64,000 bases of DNA from Bacteroidota bacterium (lineage in GTDB: Bacteria > Bacteroidota > Bacteroidia > UBA7662), in the NCBI GenBank assembly GCA_005799065.1, contig SYHW01000038.1, positions 6,431-70,430 on the forward strand, given 5' to 3'. The notes beneath the pieces were generated by a model. It was not told the origin of the DNA and did no database searches. It saw only the letters and a list, made by a program, of their open reading frames with translations. A program made the position numbers and the translations under genes. Below are positions 59,835 through 64,000 of the stretch, piece after piece. Each line of letters starts with the position of its first letter. Position 1 is the first letter of the stretch.

Positions 59835-59900
59835 AGCCTGTATTTTTATACCCAAGTCTGTATTTTAAGGCCCAAGTCTGTATTTTTCTACCCAAAATCG
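59835..59900. repeat. ~20-bp direct repeats (about 2 full and 2 partial copies) immediately upstream of fabH
   Basis: cccaagtctgtattttaagg (59851-59870) and cccaagtctgtatttttcta (59871-59890), flanked by the partial copies agcctgtatttttata and cccaaaatcg. Confidence 0.8.
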
Positions 59901-59905
59901 AAACC

Positions 59906-60958
59906 ATGAAAAGCAGTATGATTTTAGGAGTTGGTCATTATGTGCCAGACCATGTGGTGACCAACCACGACTTGAGTCAGTTGATGGACACATCGCACGA
60001 TTGGATTGTTGAGCGTACGGGCATTGAAGAACGCCGACATGTTGTACTAGGAGGCGGAGACACCACAGCCAGCATGGGTTACCGGGCTTCGCTGTTGGCG
60101 CTCAAAAATGCCGGAGTATCCGCAGAGGAACTGGACTTTATCATATTTGCAACATTGAGCCCCGACTACTACTTCCCCGGGCCCGGTGTTCAATTGCAGG
60201 AAATGCTGGCTCCGGATCATACCATCGGGGCATTGGATATCCGCAACCAATGTTCTGGTTTTGTATATGCCATTTCTGTTGCCGATCAATTCATCCGAAC
60301 GGGTATGTACCGCCGAATTCTTGTAGTGGGTTCAGAGTTACACAGCGCTGGCTTAGATATGACTACCCGTGGGCGCAATGTGAGCGTCATTTTTGGAGAT
60401 GGTGCAGGTGCTGTGGTGGTAGGTATTGCTGAGGAAGAGGGAAAGGAAGAGGGAAAGGAAGCGGGAGGTACTGGATTGGGCATGAGCAAGGTCCTATCGA
60501 CCCACCTCCACAGCGAAGGAAGGCATGCCCGCGAGCTCGCTGTGATTAGTCCGAGCACCCAACATTGGGTCTCACACATCCTCAAAGAAAATAACCCAAA
60601 CGACGAGTCGTATTACCCATACATGAACGGGAATTTCGTTTTTAAGCACGCCATCACGCGATTCGCTGAAGTCATCAACGAGGCCTTAAGAGCCAATGGG
60701 GTTTCATCGGGCGACCTCAAACTCATGATACCGCATCAGGCCAACCTGAGGATCAGTCAGTATATCCAACAAAAAATGGGGCTGCGAGATGAGCAAGTGT
60801 ATAATAACATCATGCGCTATGGCAACACCACCGCGGCGTCAATTCCTATTGCACTCAGTGAAGCTGTAGCCGAAGGAAGGTTGCAGCGGGGCGATTTATT
60901 GATGTTAGCAGCCTTCGGCAGTGGATTTACGTGGGCGTCGGCACTCATCCGCTGGTGA
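59906..60958 (+). CDS. fabH: 3-oxoacyl-ACP synthase III (FabH) with a Glu/Gly/Lys-rich insertion
   Basis: NQCSGFVYA (active-site Cys), HQAN, GNTTAASIP, and C-terminal FGSGFTWAS. Confidence 0.93.
   Translation: MKSSMILGVGHYVPDHVVTNHDLSQLMDTSHDWIVERTGIEERRHVVLGGGDTTASMGYRASLLALKNAGVSAEELDFIIFATLSPDYYFPGPGVQLQEMLAPDHTIGALDIRNQCSGFVYAISVADQFIRTGMYRRILVVGSELHSAGLDMTTRGRNVSVIFGDGAGAVVVGIAEEEGKEEGKEAGGTGLGMSKVLSTHLHSEGRHARELAVISPSTQHWVSHILKENNPNDESYYPYMNGNFVFKHAITRFAEVINEALRANGVSSGDLKLMIPHQANLRISQYIQQKMGLRDEQVYNNIMRYGNTTAASIPIALSEAVAEGRLQRGDLLMLAAFGSGFTWASALIRW
60434..60469. repeat. In-frame 12-bp tandem repeat inside fabH (2 perfect and 1 diverged copy)
   Basis: gaagagggaaag x2 followed by gaagcgggaggt, encoding EEGK-EEGK-EAGG. 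Confidence 0.85.
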
Positions 60959-61016
60959 ACCAATAAAATTCGGCCTTGGACGAACAATTGGCCCTCTGAG
61001 GGGTTTATTCAATATC

Positions 61017-61424
61017 GTGAAAATCACCGTAACCCGTAAAGCTCATTTCAATGCCGCCCATCGCCTGTATAGGCCCGATTGGGATGAGCAGCGCAACAAA
61101 GTAGTCTATGGCAAATGCGCCAATGCCAATTACCATGGACACAACTACAATCTATTCGTACACGTGCGGGGCGAGGTAGATGCTGAGACTGGTTATGTGG
61201 TGGATTTGAAGTGGCTGGCAGAATTAATCGATCGCTGTGTAGTTGAACGATTCGACCACCAAAACCTAAACCTGGATACCGAGGAATTTAGAACATTGGT
61301 GCCCACTGCCGAGAACATTGCCCAAGTCATTTGGTCTCTTCTCCGTCCAGAAATTAACTCCGCGCATGATCTAAAAGTAACCCTATATGAAACCGAACGA
61401 AATTATGTTGAATGTGAAGGATGA
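61017..61424 (+). CDS. 6-pyruvoyl-tetrahydropterin synthase / QueD family (COG0720) with a Cx5HGH motif
   Basis: [28 protein letters not shown] and [12 protein letters not shown] resemble mammalian PTPS. The GTG at 61017 gives ~135 aa. The ORF-track start at 60921 overlaps fabH. Confidence 0.85.
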   Translation: MKITVTRKAHFNAAHRLYRPDWDEQRNKVVYGKCANANYHGHNYNLFVHVRGEVDAETGYVVDLKWLAELIDRCVVERFDHQNLNLDTEEFRTLVPTAENIAQVIWSLLRPEINSAHDLKVTLYETERNYVECEG

Positions 61425-62082
61425 ACACCGTATGATGGATGAGCTTGGCGACCACCATGCACCTGGATCGATGGATACACCCCTCCGCCAGGATGCATTT
61501 GAACGCGACAATGAACTCAAAATTGAGTTAATCGAAAAGCACTTCCGGGAAATCATGCATGTTTTAGGTCTTGACCTCAGTGATGATAGCCTCAGGGGAA
61601 CGCCCTATCGGGTGGCTAAGATGTATGTAGAAGAAATCTTCAGTGGTTTGAACCCCGAAAACAAGCCGCGCGTAGCCCTTTTCGAAAACAAATACCAGTA
61701 CAGGCAAATGCTAGTTGAAAAGGATATCGCCGTGTATTCCCATTGTGAGCACCATTTTGTGCCGATCGTTGGCAAAGCACACGTTGCCTACATCAGCAAC
61801 GGACAGGTCATCGGCCTCAGTAAGATCAACCGAATCGTGGATTACTTTGCACGCAGACCACAAGTACAAGAGCGTCTGACCCGACAAATCGCCAATGAAC
61901 TGCGCAGCGTCCTGAAAACAGAAGATGTAGCCGTTGTTGTGGATGCCCACCATATGTGTGTGAGCATGCGCGGCGTGCAAGACCGTCAGAGTAGAACCAT
62001 CACATCCGACTACAGCGGTCGATTTTTGGATGAGGCTACCCGGTCTGAATTTCTCCGTTACCTAGAAATGCCCGCGCATTGA
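61387..62082 (+). CDS. folE: GTP cyclohydrolase I (FolE type)
   Basis: [20 protein letters not shown]...[20 protein letters not shown]. Alternative ATG starts at 61405 and 61432. Confidence 0.94.
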   Translation: MKPNEIMLNVKDEHRMMDELGDHHAPGSMDTPLRQDAFERDNELKIELIEKHFREIMHVLGLDLSDDSLRGTPYRVAKMYVEEIFSGLNPENKPRVALFENKYQYRQMLVEKDIAVYSHCEHHFVPIVGKAHVAYISNGQVIGLSKINRIVDYFARRPQVQERLTRQIANELRSVLKTEDVAVVVDAHHMCVSMRGVQDRQSRTITSDYSGRFLDEATRSEFLRYLEMPAH

Positions 62083-62083
62083 G

Positions 62084-62797
62084 ATGGCACGTTTGAATCA
62101 AAGGAACATTTTGATTGTTGGCGCCCGAACAGGCATAGGTGCGGAAATTGCGCATATGGCACAGCGGGAGGGAGCCAGCCTTTGGACGTATGGCCGTCAA
62201 AATCCAAATCCTACCCTAGGCCATTGGGCATTTTGGGATGCGATGGGGGATGTTGACTTTCCGGTTGATCATCTGCCGGAAGAAATTCATGGCATGGTCT
62301 ATGCACCAGGAAGCATCACCCTAAAGCCATTTAATCGCTTAACGGATGCTGACTACCTACAGGAATGGAAGCTTAATTTCTTGGGGGCAGCCCGTGCTGC
62401 GCGTGCTGTTTACTCCCGACTCAAAAAAGCGGGTAGTTCTTCTGTCGTGTTTATGAGCACGGTAGCCGCTCAAACGGGCATGCCCTTTCACAGTTCCATT
62501 GCCTCCGCTAAATCGGCATTGGAAGGACTAACACGTTCCTTAGCTGCTGAGTCTGCTGCATCAGGTATTCGGGTTAATGCCCTCGCGCCCTCACTCACCG
62601 ACACCCCATTGGCCGCATCCTTGTTGAACAGCGAGGAAAAGCGGTTGGCGGGCGTCAAACGCCATCCACTCGGTCGTGTGGGCACGCCCCACGATACGGC
62701 GGCTGCTGCAATATTCCTCCTTGCCCCAGAATCGGGCTGGATAACCGGACAAATTATAGGCGTAGACGGAGGAATGGGAAGCCTCCGAGGTTTATAA
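62084..62797 (+). CDS. Atypical short-chain dehydrogenase/reductase (SDR) family protein, a possible pterin reductase
   Basis: ILIVGARTGIGAEIA (TGxxxGxG) and IRVNALAPS..DTP. The expected YxxxK site reads I-A-S-A-K, so Tyr is absent. Confidence 0.8.
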   Translation: MARLNQRNILIVGARTGIGAEIAHMAQREGASLWTYGRQNPNPTLGHWAFWDAMGDVDFPVDHLPEEIHGMVYAPGSITLKPFNRLTDADYLQEWKLNFLGAARAARAVYSRLKKAGSSSVVFMSTVAAQTGMPFHSSIASAKSALEGLTRSLAAESAASGIRVNALAPSLTDTPLAASLLNSEEKRLAGVKRHPLGRVGTPHDTAAAAIFLLAPESGWITGQIIGVDGGMGSLRGL

Positions 62798-62834
62798 CCA
62801 CCAAAATAGAGCAGAACAACTACTTCCCTCTTCC

Positions 62835-64000
62835 ATGCACCGTTTACCCATTAGTGTCTGCTGGCTTCGCCGGGATTTGCGTTTGTCAGACAACTCAGCC
62901 CTTTGGCATGCGCTGAATGCCGGTCATCCGGTGATGATTCTGTTTATTTTCGATAGCCACATACTAGGTCGATTGGAATCTCGGAATGACGCTCGTGTTC
63001 ATTTTCTGCACAACACCTTGTTGGGCCTGCATGAAACCCTGCAGAAGAACGGGAGCGGCATGTGTATCAAGTACGGAAAACCCGAGGAAATTTGGGCGCA
63101 ATTGATTCAAGATTACGCGATAGTTGGGGTTTATGCAAACCGCGATTATGAACCCTACGCCCGGCAACGCGATGCGCACATTGCATCCCTCCTCAACAAG
63201 AAGGGTATCTCGTGGAACGACTACAAAGACCATGTCCTACGTGAACCGCATGAAGTGTTGAAAGACGACGGCAAACCCTATACCGTCTTTACACCCTACA
63301 GCAGAAAGTGGCTCAATTCCTTGCACGAGGACCATTTTCGTGAATGGAACAGCGAAGCACTCGTTCGAAGCAGCCAACGAGTCACAAACCCTGGCGAACC
63401 CATACCCACGCTACAAGATCTCGGTTTCGAATCTTCCTCGATCAGCATCCCACCTGCTTACACAGAGGATGACCTCATCGCACACTACGACGCACGCCGG
63501 AATTTCCCCCACATGGACGGTACTTCCCGGCTTGGCATTCATCTTCGCTTTGGCACCATTAGCATCCGGACATTGGCCCAACGCGCCCGGCACTTGAATG
63601 CCACATTTTTAAATGAGCTGATCTGGCGTGATTTTTATCAGATGATCCTCGCCCAGTTTCCGTATGCCGCTGATCGCTCGTTCAAACCAGCCTATGACCA
63701 TATCGCTTGGCGAAATGACCCTACTGACTTTGAACGCTGGTGCCTCGGCACCACAGGTTACCCGCTGGTTGATGCAGGAATGCGTCAACTGAATCAAACA
63801 GGCTTCATGCACAACCGGGTTAGGATGGTGACGGCCAGTTTTCTTACTAAACATCTGCTCATCGACTGGCGGTGGGGTGCCGCATGGTTTGCGCGCCACT
63901 TACTGGACTTTGATTTGGCCTCGAATAATGGTGGATGGCAATGGGCAGCTGGAAGCGGTTGCGATGCCGCACCCTATTTCCGGGTATTCAATCCTTCGGA
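62835..64000 (+). CDS. phrB: Deoxyribodipyrimidine photolyase / cryptochrome family; the 3' end lies outside the window
   Basis: My own translation from the ATG at 62835 gives MHRLPISVCWLRRDLRLSDNSAL..., ...TSRLGIHLRFGTIS, ELIWRDFY, TGYPLVDAGMRQL..TGFMHNRVRM and SNNGGWQWAAGSG. It is missing from the ORF track because no stop falls within the window. Confidence 0.92.
   Translation, partial: MHRLPISVCWLRRDLRLSDNSALWHALNAGHPVMILFIFDSHILGRLESRNDARVHFLHNTLLGLHETLQKNGSGMCIKYGKPEEIWAQLIQDYAIVGVYANRDYEPYARQRDAHIASLLNKKGISWNDYKDHVLREPHEVLKDDGKPYTVFTPYSRKWLNSLHEDHFREWNSEALVRSSQRVTNPGEPIPTLQDLGFESSSISIPPAYTEDDLIAHYDARRNFPHMDGTSRLGIHLRFGTISIRTLAQRARHLNATFLNELIWRDFYQMILAQFPYAADRSFKPAYDHIAWRNDPTDFERWCLGTTGYPLVDAGMRQLNQTGFMHNRVRMVTASFLTKHLLIDWRWGAAWFARHLLDFDLASNNGGWQWAAGSGCDAAPYFRVFNPS

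Noticed and set aside
62964-63899. Minus-strand ORFs 62964-63233 and 63609-63899 and plus-strand ORF 63340-63597
   Set aside because: All lie within or out of frame with the photolyase reading frame, which shows unmistakable photolyase/cryptochrome motifs through to the window edge.

Overview
The window is a gene-dense, mostly housekeeping chromosomal segment, most likely from a member of Bacteroidota. That assignment rests on several T9SS-type C-terminal sorting domains, a FISUMP domain, a short 289-aa RpoD, and TAnnTTTG -7 boxes upstream of genes. I call about 54 CDS and one tRNA-Leu(UAG).

Recognisable genes and clusters:
- Replication and repair: mutS, dnaX, a photolyase that runs off the 3' edge.
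- Translation and RNA: rpsF-rpsR-rplI, rpsO-pnp, prfC, tilS, rluD, rpoD, relA/spoT.
- Proteostasis: tig-clpP-clpX, clpB.
- Metabolism: purA, pabB, mdh, accD, fbaB, fabH.
- A complete sufBCDSE-DUF59 Fe-S assembly cluster.
- A folE-PTPS-SDR pterin cluster.
- Secreted proteins: one 996-aa M43 metalloprotease and three tandem M43-like paralogs.

I found no rRNA, CRISPR array, transposase, integrase, prophage or recognisable defence or toxin system, and I cannot honestly point to a novel multi-gene system.

The observations most worth follow-up:
1. An A8 slippery run in dnaX at the expected tau/gamma boundary, with immediate stops in both alternative frames.
2. An orphan AP2 / degenerate-HNH gene island between dnaX and clpB.
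3. An AT-rich orphan membrane-protein islet.
4. A mammalian-type (Cx5HGH) PTPS next to FolE and an SDR that lacks the catalytic Tyr.
5. A recurring pattern of short perfect tandem duplications of 12-22 bp, including an 18-bp x8 array and a 22-bp x3.5 array that starts inside the sufD stop region.

All functional calls come from by-eye motif and family recognition. No searches were run.
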